NCBI RefSeq assembly: GCF_036971445.1
Contig: NC_091471.1
Span: 333,064,001-333,128,000 of the forward strand
Length of the DNA: 64,000 nt
Reading direction: 5' to 3'
Origin: Narcine bancroftii
Taxonomy: Eukaryota
Shown one piece after another: positions 38,240 through 50,925 of this stretch (the stretch's first letter is position 1; every line of letters begins with the position of its first letter). A program made the position numbers and the translations under genes. The notes beneath the pieces were generated by a model. That model was not told the origin of the DNA. It saw only the letters and a list, made by a program, of their open reading frames with translations, and did no database searches.

Positions 38240-40124
38240 GTGAGGCAAACTTCACTGGTCATATATTTAATTGGAAGCCACCCTAGTAACAGTTGATCAG
38301 CTTGGTTGAAGGGATAGATTTGTTTCTATCACAGAACAGTTTCCATCAACTCTGTGAGAAACAATTCCCACTTAAACTACTCCCAGGAAAAATCCAAAGA
38401 ATGGAATTGCCTGAGTAGATCATGTACTCGGGAATCTGAGTCAATGATATTGGGATAAGTTTGGGGATGGAAATCCCAAAAATTATTGCATTAAAATATT
38501 TTAAAAGCTCTGCATGTCCTTGTAAATGTATCAAAATAAGGCCAGATATTCGGGGTGAAATTTACAATACACCTATTCAGAAGTCTGCTTGCACTATGCC
38601 AAACCCCTGTCCTGAATTATTGAAAGGTACCAACTCTAACAGTAAAACAAATAAAAAATTAAAAACTATCCCCTGATGAGCAGAGCTGCACCTTGTACCC
38701 CAGGTTTCTCACCCTCCCCTTGATGAGAAAACGATTCTGTTTAACAATCAACTGTATGTAGCACGTAGAAGGACTGTTGTGAATAGGTTCTTTGTTAGCT
38801 CATTTTTTTTCTCCTGGATTGTTCACAAAGCCTTTCTGCCAACCTGCAAGGCGCCTGAAGAGTCCAGTGCAACAGCCTCCACTTTCTTTGCTATAGTCTA
38901 AACGTACTCCAGAAACCAAACACCACTCAGACCAAGGCGATATATATACTTACCACTTCACACATTCATTCCTGCCACACCAGCCCAATGTGGTGCAATG
39001 TACACTACCTGTAACTGGGAGCAGCTTGCCATGGCTTCTGGAGCCACCTCCATATTCTCTGACCCCTGCCACCTTGGGAAACATTGATTGCAGATGAATG
39101 AGAATACCAACTCCACATTCCTCTCCAAAGCACCCATCCTCTAGCTCTTCTTTCACATTCAAGTAGTTACAATGTTAGAACTATAATAGCCATGTAGGCT
39201 CTGGTAATGCACAGCTCTTGGAGAAAATCTAAGGATGTGCAATAAGACTGGGATCCTTTGACAGAGCCTGTTTTTTTTTTAAGTACCCATATTGAATTGA
39301 GATTGGTGTGACACAGTCCAGATAGCTCCCACTTTGTGCATTGGTAACACTGGAAAATGAGGATTTTGCTTCCTGAACACCTTTGGGTGCATTTTATAGA
39401 ATTTGGGCTGCTGATCATAAAAATCACTTTAAAAAAAATTTTTTCTATCGTGTACCATTTTTTAGATATAACCTATTTTTGTGATTTCCTGTCAAGTTTT
39501 AATTCTACTAGAATATTACTCACAAAACAAGCCATTTTGATCAGGCCTGGCCATCCACTCAGTGCAGATGCTTTGCAAATATTGTCTTGAGGTACATGCA
39601 GACACCCTATAAAAGCAGTTCACATATACAGATGTTGTGCATTACATTGATATAGACTGAACACATGTTGATACACATGTTCTTCAGGTAATAGCATCGT
39701 GAGGGTACTTAACAACAGGATTTATTGTCTTCAGAAAGATTCAGCACAGCAGAAATGTCTCATTAATGTCGCAACAGTTGTTGTGCAACATGTGCAGTCA
39801 ACCAGAGCTTGGCTCAGCATCATTATGTGATAAATTCAATAAAAATTGATTTAATGTTTCTCCAACATGATGCAGCAAATCTGAAATTACCTTAGTGTTT
39901 AGTGTGAAGTGATCTCTCATAATCCCCGATTTATTTTCAGGAAGCAAACCTTTTGAAAAATATTTGTTGTCCAGTGTAATTGGTCACATCCCATCTCATT
40001 GTAAGGTCTGATGTATAAAGTTAACCGCTGTGGTGATGAAGATCACCCTCATTATTTGTAGCTGTTTTAGGTCTAATAAGGATCACTATGAAATGGTGTT
40101 TCTGGTATCACGTATGCTCCACAG

Positions 40125-40220
40125 GGTCCTGTGAAACACGTTTACCGTGTCCTACAGTGTCAGGAGGAGGAACTCACGCAGATGGTTTCTACAATGTCGG
40201 ATGGATGGAAGTTTGAGCAG
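40125..40220 (+). CDS. KCTD2: KCTD2 exon 4
   Basis: 96 nt, cag|...|gtagca; [32 protein letters not shown]. Confidence 0.97.
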
Positions 40221-41745
40221 GTAGCACCTCTGTTTTCAGTCATAAGGATCTGTAATACAAGTCCAGAGTTGAGAGAGTATGGTGAAGGTAATTAAATTAT
40301 TTAAACTGAGGAAATTCTAAGGATTATAAACAGTCTTAAAAATAATGAACAAACCGTAACAAAGAGACACAAACATAAACACAGGCGTGATCGGCTGACA
40401 GTCAGAATGAGCTCTTCGATAAAGAGTTTGTGCATGTTTGAATACCAGGAAGATGCCGGAAGGTGAAGATTTAACAGATTCAAGAGGAAGTGAAGTTTTT
40501 CTTGTGTTGAAGGAGGTGGGTCAAGGTGATAGTGATAGTTATTTGGTTTGAATGGTGCAGCCTTTTGGAGAATGGGATGATCTGTGTTACGTTGGGCGGG
40601 AACTGATCGTCAGCATTGATGCAGGGCCACTCATAGCCCCTGTACCCAGGATTCTCATTGACCTTTAATACTCCGAACCTAACTTGGCTTTGTGGGAAAG
40701 CGCTCACTATAATATTACCAAGACATGAATGGTGGGAGGAAACATGGATTACTTGTGAAGAATATTTCTCCAAGAAGTTGCTCCATGAAGGAAAGGTTTA
40801 TAAGAAAATGCACGTTCATACCAAGACGTGTGACATTAATTGGAGAAAATTGTCATTGGTAACATTATCTAGTGTGAATTGACCTGTATATCATATGCTT
40901 ACTGATTTCATATTGCATGGATAAAATCCATTCATTGCAACATATTGTAGAACAGCCAGCACAATTCAGTCTCAGCCAGCAAAATAAACACCCCATTTAC
41001 TGGGATCACAACTATTTCCATATCCTCCTTCAGAAATTCTGTGTTTACAACCGGAGTCCTCAGTCGTCACTGTGAACAAGGACATATTCAGAAAGAAGCA
41101 TTTCTGAAGGGACTATGGTTGACCAGAAGATTCTCTATTTTGCAGTCTTTTGGGGGCTTTTTGGCAATCCTGCAGTATATTTCATAGCTCCCCAACATGA
41201 CTTGCTGTCATATTAGTTGCTTGAGGCTTTGCAATACAAACAACCTTTGTGGGAGTCTTGAGTCATAAGTTTGATTAAACATCTCTGCTAAAAGACAACA
41301 TGTTTGACAACTGAATGTTGGTTGCCCTTTATTTATTTAGACATAGAGCATGATAACAGGCCATTTCAACCCATGAGATCCTGCCACCCAGTTATACAAA
41401 TCAACCCCTAGTACTTTTCAGTCAGAGGAAACCCGAGCCCCCAGGGAAAACCCAAAGACACAGGGAGAATGTAGAAACTCCTTACAGACAGCGTGGGATT
41501 TGAACCCGAGTCATGATCGCTGGCGCGGTAACAGCATTGCACTAACCACGCCGCGATTGTGTTCAGATCTCTGGATTTTGAGAGATAAAGTAGATATTTC
41601 AGCTGCTCTGTATAGTGATCTCCACCGTTTGCTTTTGGGTTGTACAGTATTTGATTAAATTCTGGAAGGCTCTGAGGTTTGTATGATTTATCTGAGGCCA
41701 CTACGTGTGTGCTGTTATTAATTAAATTCCGGTTCTGTGCCTCAG

Positions 41746-41871
41746 CTCATCAGCATCGGGTCCTCATACAACTATGGCAGTGAAGATCAGGCTGAATTTC
41801 TCTGCGTGGTCTCCAGGGAGTTGAATAACTCAACTAATGGAATTGTCATTGAGCCAAGTGAAAAAGCCAAG
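41746..41871 (+). CDS. KCTD2: KCTD2 exon 5
   Basis: 126 nt, cag|...|gtaaca. [42 protein letters not shown] contains the KCTD2-type [16 protein letters not shown]. Confidence 0.97.
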
Positions 41872-42141
41872 GTAACATATTGACTGGCCCTTTGCCTCTT
41901 GTTTTCTCTCAGCTGTTTTCTGTATTTATGACAAGATGGGCTAACTTCTAGTCATTAAGTCATGTCTGTTTGAGATATTTATTGTGTTGTGGATGAGATG
42001 AGGACCCAACGGTAAAGTCAGATGCAATCTGATATAAAAGGGATATTTAGATATATCAAAATAGCCCAGTTTGTTTCACGAGATGATATTTTCCTTCTCA
42101 AAAATTTCCTAATGGCCTTGTCTCCATTTCATTGGAAGCAG

Positions 42142-42171
42142 ATCCTGCAAGAACGGGGCTCGAGGATGTGA
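42142..42171 (+). CDS. KCTD2: KCTD2 exon 6 (last coding exon)
   Basis: ILQERGSRM* after aagcag. The six exons sum to 657 nt = 218 aa + stop. Confidence 0.93.
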   Translation: MLQERGSRM

Positions 42172-42420
42172 CCTTGTGGCTCGGAATTGCTGTTTACATT
42201 CCGTACCTCGAAGAGGAGTCTGTCTGCTGTGGGCACCAAGCCTTTGCCACCTTCTGAACTGGCCCCAACACTTTTCGCTCACGTGGGCCTCAAAGATTCG
42301 AGGGCTCGCTTAACTGAGAAATTAACCTCTCTGCCTTTCACCTGAAGCCTATGAGAGGCTCACGGCACTTCTCTCAAAAATTAATTGTTAAGGTTGCCAA
42401 ATCTCCGTGTGTCATTGTTT

Positions 42421-42422
<2 letters not shown>

Positions 42423-42461
<39 letters not shown>
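42423..42461. repeat. (TA)n microsatellite downstream of the KCTD2 stop (probable 3' UTR)
   Basis: About 19 TA units. Confidence 0.97.
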
Positions 42462-42465
<4 letters not shown>

Positions 42466-43290
42466 CCTAATGCATTTAATTGCCTTTAAGAGGCCTGTGA
42501 CGTTGCTTGTTCCTCGGTCACTAGGAAGCAGAGCCACACTAATTTCAGTGCATGTGCTCATTGAGAGTTTTTTGTTCTTCCTATGGAGCAGATTTCTCCG
42601 GGGGAGGCAGGGTACAGTATTGTAATTATTGTGTAAACAAGTGAAATTCAGTCACTCGTGTTAATGTTATTTTTCCTCTTGCATTGGATCACTACTTTTA
42701 TGACAATAATGTGATTATTAAACCACTCCATATTGTCATGAGGATTTCATTTCAGGGTCCTTTACATTCATTTCAAACTGCAAAATGCCAACATGTAGTT
42801 TCTGAACCCGAGTTTGCTAGAGAGACCAGAACATTAAGAATAATTCATGTTTACTGGAGAGTGAGTCATAAAGTACATAAGAATTCAGTATTCAGTCAGA
42901 TTCTGTTCAGTCCTATACTTTGCCCACTTTCCTGCTCAATCCCGAGTTTGAGTCGCAAGGAGAGATTTCTGGCTATTTCCTCAATCGTGAACATGTTGCG
43001 GACAGTCCAGTTGTATAGTTACAGAACTTCACCCATTGTTGCTGTTATTATGTTTTACTAACCTGTTACAATATAACACAAGGTACAGCAATTGAGACTG
43101 TACATTAATCATTGTATAACTTGCAGCTCTGCAATGGGGAGTATACATTTTTACCTGTGTAACATCGGGTACAGCACTGGGATTATAAATATCTATCACG
43201 GGAACACGGGGTATCATACTGATATGTATGTACACCAAATACCTTACCAACCTCTCTCAGCCACCATGCAACTCCATCTTCACACTAAAC

Positions 43291-43481
43291 CAGTCATTTC
43301 CAATGGGGCCACAGCAGATTTAAGTAAAAGCCTTGTTTTCCATTCGCCTCGCATATGTAGTCGATCGGAGAGAAGTACAAAAAAAAACTAACTAAACTTG
43401 ATTACTTTACTCGGAATGGGGCCCATAAACGTTGAACAGAACCCTGAGGGGCCATAGTCAAAAGAAGATTGAGAATGGCTG
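43291..43481. mobile_element. hAT-type MITE, 191 bp
   Basis: Imperfect TIRs cagtcatttccaat / attgagaatggctg; 8-bp TSD cactaaac / ctctaaac (7/8). Confidence 0.7.
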
Positions 43482-44786
43482 CTCTAAACTGTCTTCTTGC
43501 CTGGCTTAACTGAGAAATTAACCTCTCTGCCTTTCACCTGAAGCCTATGAGAGGCTCACGGCACTTCTCTCAAAAATTAATTGTTAAGGTTGCCAAATCT
43601 CCGTGTGTCATTGTTTGGTATGACACACCAACTATTGGCCAGAACAAAGTGGTATTTTATTTCTGAAATGAACTTCATTTCCCCAGCAACAACTCGATCC
43701 TCCATTCTTCTCTGACATCGCAAACTCAGCCAGACTGTTTCCAACCTTCATGCCATATTTAAGTATACATTTGTGCCATCATCAAGACAGATTACTTTTA
43801 AGACTGACATTACTAGTTGACACAACTGCCAGTTAAATTATCCACGGGTCAATTGCCTCCAGACTTAATTGTTAGAAAAACTACTAAAGCCCTCATGATC
43901 CTGGACATCCAAATATCTGCTGCTCAATCCATTGCCTTTGGAGGCATAGTGGTTCAGAAGAGCTGCTGCTTCACAGCTTCAGAAAACCAGAGATCAATCC
44001 TGACCTTCAGGGCCTTCCTCCCATGTACCAAAAATGTGGTGGATCAATCAGCTACGGTAAAGTATCCCATGTAGGTGGGTGGTTGGAAATTCACTGGAGG
44101 AGTTGATGGGTATGTGTGCAAGCGAAAGGATTGCCTCAAGTCTGAAATATCTCTTGTGTCACAGGAGAATCTGATCCCACTGATTTACCAGTTAAACAAC
44201 AGCTAAATTAGAAGATCCTTTTTTTTTTAATATCCTTTCATGATCTATGTGCCTAATACCTGCCTCCCCACACTTACTGTCCCTGATAGTAATTGCTTCC
44301 ATTCTGGCTGATGGGTCTTCAGCTGCTAAACCTGTCCACTTCTTTTAGTGACCCTCAAATCTGGGAACTGGAGTCAAAATTGGGAGAGCTGCTCATCAGG
44401 CAAGTCGGGTGGGCAGCCTGAATCATACCTTTCAGCCAACTTCACAGGCTCCCATGCTAGTTATGCCTTATTGAATTAAAATGCAGCCACAGAGATGGAG
44501 GCACAATGGTGTTCAGTCAGAGAGTATTTCCAGGTATCGCCTGAAGCCTCATCACAGCAGATCAAACGAGATGTTAATCTGAGATTGACCCTCAGATAAT
44601 GAATCAGTGCACCTTCACATTGAACATCACTTGGAAGAAACAGGGCACAGAACAGACACATTGGGAAACTCAACTTCCATCGTGAGTACCTTGACAAGGT
44701 GATAGAATTCTGAAGGACAAGGGTATGTACCTATCATTGGAAGTGATCACCACAATCCTCGTGGAGGAAAAGTTCATCCTTCAAAC

Positions 44787-44833
44787 TGAGGACACCATCA
44801 GCATGAGGACACCATCAGCATGAGGACACCATC
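44787..44833. repeat. 17-bp tandem repeat, ~2.8 copies
   Basis: tgaggacaccatcagca. Confidence 0.9.
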
Positions 44834-45319
44834 CACTGTGGTCAAATAGGATCCACTTTTTAAAAAAGAAATAACACATGATATTCAGGACAACAAGCCA
44901 CTACAAAGTATCATGCAGCTCTATGATTATAAAACAAGCAACTCTGGCTCAATGCAGTGTACAGAAGGTTCTGTTGTGAGCATGTCCACAGAACCTGGGA
45001 GAGCTACGCTGAGCTACATTCATGTCAGCAGTGAAAGCAGTAGGTGACATCGCGCGGCATCCCTCAGATGAATAGATCAGAGCTCTGTAGCCCTGTTACA
45101 TACGGTTGTGAATGATGGAGGAGGAAGCAGCTCCAAGAATCTTCACCCTCAACATGGGCAACCCAGTGTAATGAGCAAAGACCGGCCATCTTCAGCCAGA
45201 AATGACAATAATTACAGTCAGTTGCATTAAATCATGTTTATCGTTGCATGGATCAGTTATTCAGGACACTGTTGAACTTTGCACCATTGCTCAATCTTCT
45301 CAATGCTGAGTGCATTTAT

Positions 45320-46260
45320 GGAAAGAACAAGGGATAGCATAGAACACAGACCAGCACAGGAACAGGCCCTTTGGCCCATACGTCTGTGCCATACGAAAGC
45401 TCTGCTATTTACGCATGATCCATATCCCTCAAACCGCTTCATATCCATCAATCTACCACTACTCCTGGCAGCCCATTCCAGGCACCCACCACCCTGTGTA
45501 AAATATTTGGTCCACTCCTGTAAAATTTCCCCACTACCTTAAACACACGTCCTCCAGTGTGTGTCACTTTTACCCTGGGGAAAAGATTCTGACTTCTTCA
45601 CCCAATCAATCCCCCTCGTGATTTTATAAACCTCATTTAGATCTTCCCTCAGCCTCCTGCACTTCAGAGAAAACAACTCAAGTTTGTTCAAACACCCCAT
45701 TACTACTCCATCCAGGTAAACCTCCTCTACCCTTTCCAAAACCTCCACAGGGTTCCTGTAATGGGGTGACCAGAATTACACATGGTATTCCAAGTGCTGC
45801 CGAGCCAAAGTTTTCTACAGCTGTCACACGACCTCCTTACTTTCATTCTCAATGCCCCGCCCAATGAAGCCAAGTGTACCATATGCCTTCTTTACCACCT
45901 TGTCTACTTGTGTGGCCATTTCCAATGAGCTGTGGACCTGGACCCCTGATCCCTCTGCACGTCAAACCTTTTAAGAGCCCTGCCATTAATCGTATACATC
46001 CCCTCACATTTGACCGCACAAAGTGGAGCATCCTAGACTTGTCCTGATTAAATTCCATCTGCCATTGCCCATATCTGTAACTGATCTCTATCTTGTTGTC
46101 TTCTTTAATAACCCTCCGCACTATCCACAGCTCCACCCACCTACCTTTCCATCCGTCATTTATACCTTTACCACAAACGGGCCATGACACCGATCCCTGC
46201 AGAACACCACTGGTTGCAGGCCTCCAAGCCCAAACAGCACCCTTCCACCACTACCCTCTT
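45320..46260 (-). mobile_element. CR1 LINE 3' fragment
   Basis: QWQMEFNQDK...LHFVRSN and LELFSLKCRRLREDLNEVYKI in the ORF track. Confidence 0.8.
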
Positions 46261-46548
46261 GTCTCAACTGGGCCACCTAACTCCATAGAACCAGGATTCG
46301 AATCCTATGCTGTAGGGAGTTTGTACGTTCTCTCCGTGTCTGCATGGGTTTTCCCTGGGGGCTCAAGTTTCCTCCCACCCTTCAAAATGTACCGGGGGTT
46401 GTAGGTTAATTGGGTGTAAAATGGGCAGCCCAGGCTCGTGGGCCGAAAGGTCCTGTTACTGTGCAGTAAGTCTAAACTTAAATTTGAAAAAGTGGAGGTT
46501 CTTTCTGTTGAACATAACAACCCAAGCTCTGATGATGTTCAGAATTGA

Positions 46549-46554
46549 TTTATT
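46549..46554 (-). terminator. polyadenylation signal of the putative microprotein gene
   Basis: AATAAA on the minus strand about 195 nt after the TGA at 46749. Confidence 0.6.
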
Positions 46555-46748
46555 ACAACAAATGGTGCACAAGACAGAAACGCATCAGGTAATTTAGAAA
46601 TGTTAAGGTGCATTTCACCATCTGCACTTTCCACTATTCCTCCTATTCCTTTTTGTCCACTTGATATGCCAGACCGTGGCCAGCTACAGTCCCCTGGAGC
46701 AGGATACATAGCCACTATATACTGGCACTGTTCAGCTCTTTTCCAAGC

Positions 46749-46878
46749 TCACCGAGATTTCTTCTGTTCTATTTCCAGCAGCTGCCTCTCTCTTCGTTCC
46801 AGGACTTCTTGCAACTTCTTACCGTATTTCTGCTGCTCTTTAGCACGGATCTCTTCAATGTCTGGGAGGAAACTGCGC
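46749..46878 (-). CDS. putative 70-aa microprotein, exon 2 (charged, coiled-coil-like tail)
   Basis: Acceptor gttttctgtcttgattag. (R)RSFLPDIEEIRAKEQQKYGKKLQEVLERRERQLLEIEQKKSR*. Phase matches exon 1. Confidence 0.75.
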
Positions 46879-48174
46879 CTAATCAAGACAGAAAACACTG
46901 CTGAGTCTGGCCTAGTGATCGCCCTGTGCTGCTGGTGAGCCCAGGCTGCCTGAACCCTGAGGGGTGGGGTTTGGACCCAGGGGGCAGATCTCCTGAGAAG
47001 TAGACCAGGACCTCCTTTGAGCTGCTTCAATCAGTCTCCATCTGCCAATGCATTTGTTCCTACTCATCAGGATATCTGGGAAGGACGCGTCAAATGGTCA
47101 AAGATGTGGCACAGCGTTAATAAGGCACGAGACCAGTATAGTTGGTAGCTCTCCAGGTTATAGTATAGAATTAAAATGGGTTTGGGTGGTGCTCAGTAAG
47201 AAGCCCGAAGCTGCTCACAGTACTCTGTGTGGTCTGACCCAAGCCACAGAAAGCCTCAGCATTACATCCCTCCTATTCTACCCCTCTCCTTCCTTACCAC
47301 CGACTCTACCTGTAAGTGAACCTTCAGGGAATCTTGCACGAGGACTCCCAAATCCCTCTGCACCTCTGATTTCTGAATCTTTGCCTGTTTAGAAAATAAC
47401 TGACGCCTTTATTCCTTCCATCAAAGTGTATGATCAATTACTTCTACACTGTGTTTCATCTGCCCAAATCCTCACCCAATCTCCTAACCCAAGTCCTTCT
47501 GCCTCCTCAACATCGACCTATCTTTGCATCATCCATAAACCTGGCCACAAAGCCATCAGTTCCATCGTCCAAATCACTGACATACAATGTGAAAAGAAGA
47601 TGTGCCAAGCAGAAAAGATCGCTTTTATTCCCTCTCCCCCCACCACCTCTGCCTCCTGGCAGTCAGCCAATTGTCTATCTTTCCCGTAATACCATGGACT
47701 CTTATCTCGCTCAGCAGCCTCATGTGTGGCGTGAGCTTGTCACAGACTTTGGAAAATTCAAGTAAACGTCCACTCTCTCTCCTTTCTCTGTCTTTCCTGT
47801 TATCTCCTCCAAAGAACTCCAATTAGAAATAAGGAAGTAACAAAAGGAATTAAATAGATATTTTGTATGTCTTTACCAAAACTTCCCAGAAATATTCAAC
47901 CAAGGGTCAAGGGCAAATGAAGACGACAAATTAATATTAGAAAAGAAATGCCATTGAAGTCGATCAACTTAAAAAAAATTTTTGAAAGGAGTGGAAATCA
48001 TCTTCTAAAATTTTGGATGTGATATCAAGACAGCTAGAAAACAAGTTGATGGGGCAGTTTATTGGATTATGTTCAATTGATCTAGACGACTGTCTGGAGG
48101 ACAAAGTGCTGGATGGCTCAAAACTTCCTGCAGCTAAACGAAGGCAACCTGAGATCATCCTATTTGCCTCACCC

Positions 48175-49405
48175 CCAACTCCACCAAAATGATCTCCAAT
48201 ACCCTTGGTAACTTATCCACCCTCATTAAACCACACGTAAAATCCCTTGGTGTGATATTCAATTTCACCTCCAAATTTGACAAACAAGTCGATGCAGTAG
48301 TGAAAGAAAGCTGGCTTTTTCCAGCTCCACACTATCGCCAAATTCCAATCATTCCTGTCACTTAAAGACCTCGAGAAAGTTATCCACACCTTCATTTTCT
48401 CCCGTTTAGATTACTCCAACTCCCTTTACGTGGTAATTAATCAGTCATCATTATCCCACCTGCCTCTGTCACTGGTGCAGAATGTGACAGCAAGGCTCCT
48501 AACAGGAGCCAAGAAGAGGGACCACATCAGCCCTATTCTCACCTCCCTTCAGTGGTTGCCAGTACAGCTCAGGATAGATTTTCCAGTTTTCCAGTTTTTT
48601 TTTTTTTTTTTTTACTACAAAGCCATTAGTGGACTAGCCCCCTCCTACAACACCAATCTCCTTACACCCTACTCCAAGACTCCTCAGATCAGTCAATTTA
48701 GGACGCTTGGTTGCTCCGCACTCAAGTTGCAAACTCAGGGGAGACCGCGCGTTCCCTATTGCAGCCCCAAAACTATGGAACAACATTCCTCCCGCCATCA
48801 AATCAGCCCCTTCCTTTAACTCAGTGGTTGTCAACCTTTTCTTTCCACTCACGTACCACTTTAGGTATTGCCTATGCCATCGGTGCTCTGTGATTAGTAA
48901 GGGATTGCTTAAGGTGGGATGTGGGTAGAAAGAAAATGTTTGAAAATCGCTGTTTTAATCGTACCTCATTGACTTGTTATGTGCTCGGTTTCAGAACTCC
49001 AAAGGAAATGGGCCAATGACAATTTTTCTCAAGCAAAATATTTCCATAATAATTGGGTCGAGTAGTAATTCTCAACCTTCCCTTCCCATCACAGACCACC
49101 TTAAGCAATCCCTTACTAATCACAGAGCACCGATGGCATAGGGATTACTTAAAACGGTGTGTGAGTGGAAAGAAAAAGGTTGAGAACCACTGGGTTAACT
49201 CTTAAATCCAGGCTGAAGTTGTATTTTTATTCACAAGCATTTTGAGGTGATTGTTGATTGTTGTAACCATGTTGTAGGTAGAATTCTAAACCTCGGGGAC
49301 CCGTTTTATACTGCACTTTAAATAGCTGTTTGTTAGAATATAATTTATGATTTGTACAGCACTTTGGTCAATGTGAGTTGTTTTAAATGTGTTGCATAAA
49401 TAAAC
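48175..49405 (+). mobile_element. L2-clade LINE 3' fragment, split by a MITE
   Basis: LVQNVTARLLTGAKKRDHISPILTSLQWLPV and GDRAFPIAAPKLWN motifs; L2-like tail. Confidence 0.85.
48822..49192. mobile_element. hAT (Charlie-like) MITE, 371 bp, with long inverted arms
   Basis: TIR cagtggtt(g/c)tcaacctttt, ~110-bp inverted arms, TSD ctttaact / ggttaact (6/8). Confidence 0.88.
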
Positions 49406-50339
49406 TAATCTATATTTAGTAGAGTGGGTGAGAGAAAAACCAGTGAGTATGACGTATTTCAATTTTCAAAAAACAGATAAAGTTCACACAAGTGCTTGCT
49501 GATTAAGGTAAGACCATCTCCGGTGATGTCAGTGAATTCTGCCTTGTGCTGCCAAAAAGTGAAATATCAATACTGTAGTTGGTTCACGACCAGAACCAGA
49601 ATTGGGCTCAGGAAGACGAGGATGGGGGTACAGGAACACAAGTCAGGGCCAAGGTCTTAGAGCATGGACTGGAGATGGGGTTCATATTTGGGAATTCCAG
49701 TGTTACATCCTGCAGCCTCAGTGACGCTGCAAATGGTCTTCGTGGCATCAAGGTTTGTTCTCCACAGGACCCTGTGTCCCTCTCCCTCACAGATAATGGG
49801 GACTTACCACACTTCCAAGATTGCTCAAGATACTCAACAGGAACCGTGGGTGTGGAGGGGGCTTCTGGTTACAGACAAACTACGAATATTTGTTACCCAT
49901 CTAGCAGAAATATTTTCGTCTTTATTTAATTAAATTTAGTATTACAGTTTTTTTTCCCAAATACCTGCTCACCTGCAAGAATTTTGGTGCAGATGTACAT
50001 TGTATCTGATAATAAACTCTATCAGAGAGTGGGATCGAAAATATGCGAGACTATCCACTTCGACTGGAAAAACAGAAACAGTACTTTTTTTTAAACAGTG
50101 AGGGGTGGGGAAAACAATATTCCAAAAGATCCGGCAGTCACCGCACAGGCGGAAGGGCCTTTATGGTGCTATAGAGTGGATGGAAACAACATGCTGCTTA
50201 CAGCCTCTAAGACATGGAACTGGAGGAAATGTGTGCATCAGCATCTGTGGAGGAAAAGGAGTAGGTGATTGATGTTTCAGGTCAAGATCCTGCACCGAGA
50301 CTGACTGCAGAGAGAAGGTACAGGAGGTGGGAATACAAC

Positions 50340-50925
50340 ACAAAAGTGCACTCACCACGGTTGAAGTAAAAACACAATAGTAGAGAAACTCAGCAGGTGA
50401 AACAAGGGAAGGAGACGCGATGGGAGGAGTGTGGTCACAAAGGCAGGAGGCAATAGGTGGAGAAGGGAAGGAGGGCACAGTAGCAAGCAGGGGGAAGAGG
50501 GATGGCTGGGTGAACAGACAGAGAAGGGGGTGGAAAACAGAAAAAAGGGAAGGGGAAGATGAGAGCAGGTTAGGAGAAACCAGAGAAGTCAATGTTCAAG
50601 CCGTCTGGCTGGAGTGCCCAGATGGAAAAATCAGGTGTTGTTCCTCCAATTTGCGGGTGGTCTTGGTGGGATAGTACAGGAGGACATGGACTGTTGTGTG
50701 AGTATGGGAGTAGGACTCAGAACTGAAGTAGTTGGCTACTGGGAGGTCCCTGTCACTGGTGCAGACGGAGTGGAGGTGCTCAGCGGAGTGATCTCCCAGT
50801 CTGCGCCCAGTCTCTCCGATGTAGAGAAGGCCCACAAAGTGATCACCAGATGCAGTAAATCAATCCTGCAGATACGCAAGTGAAGTCTTGCTTCACTTGA
50901 AAGGTCTGTTTGGGGCCCCAGACTT
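50340..50925 (-). mobile_element. Penelope-like element, GIY-YIG endonuclease remnant + tail
   Basis: GLLYIGETGRRLGDHSAEHL...LPVANYF...RKLEEQHLIF. Confidence 0.88.

Noticed and set aside
27494-42171. KCTD5 or KCTD17 instead of KCTD2
   Set aside because: The C-terminal [25 protein letters not shown] and the head-to-head position with ATP5PD favour KCTD2.
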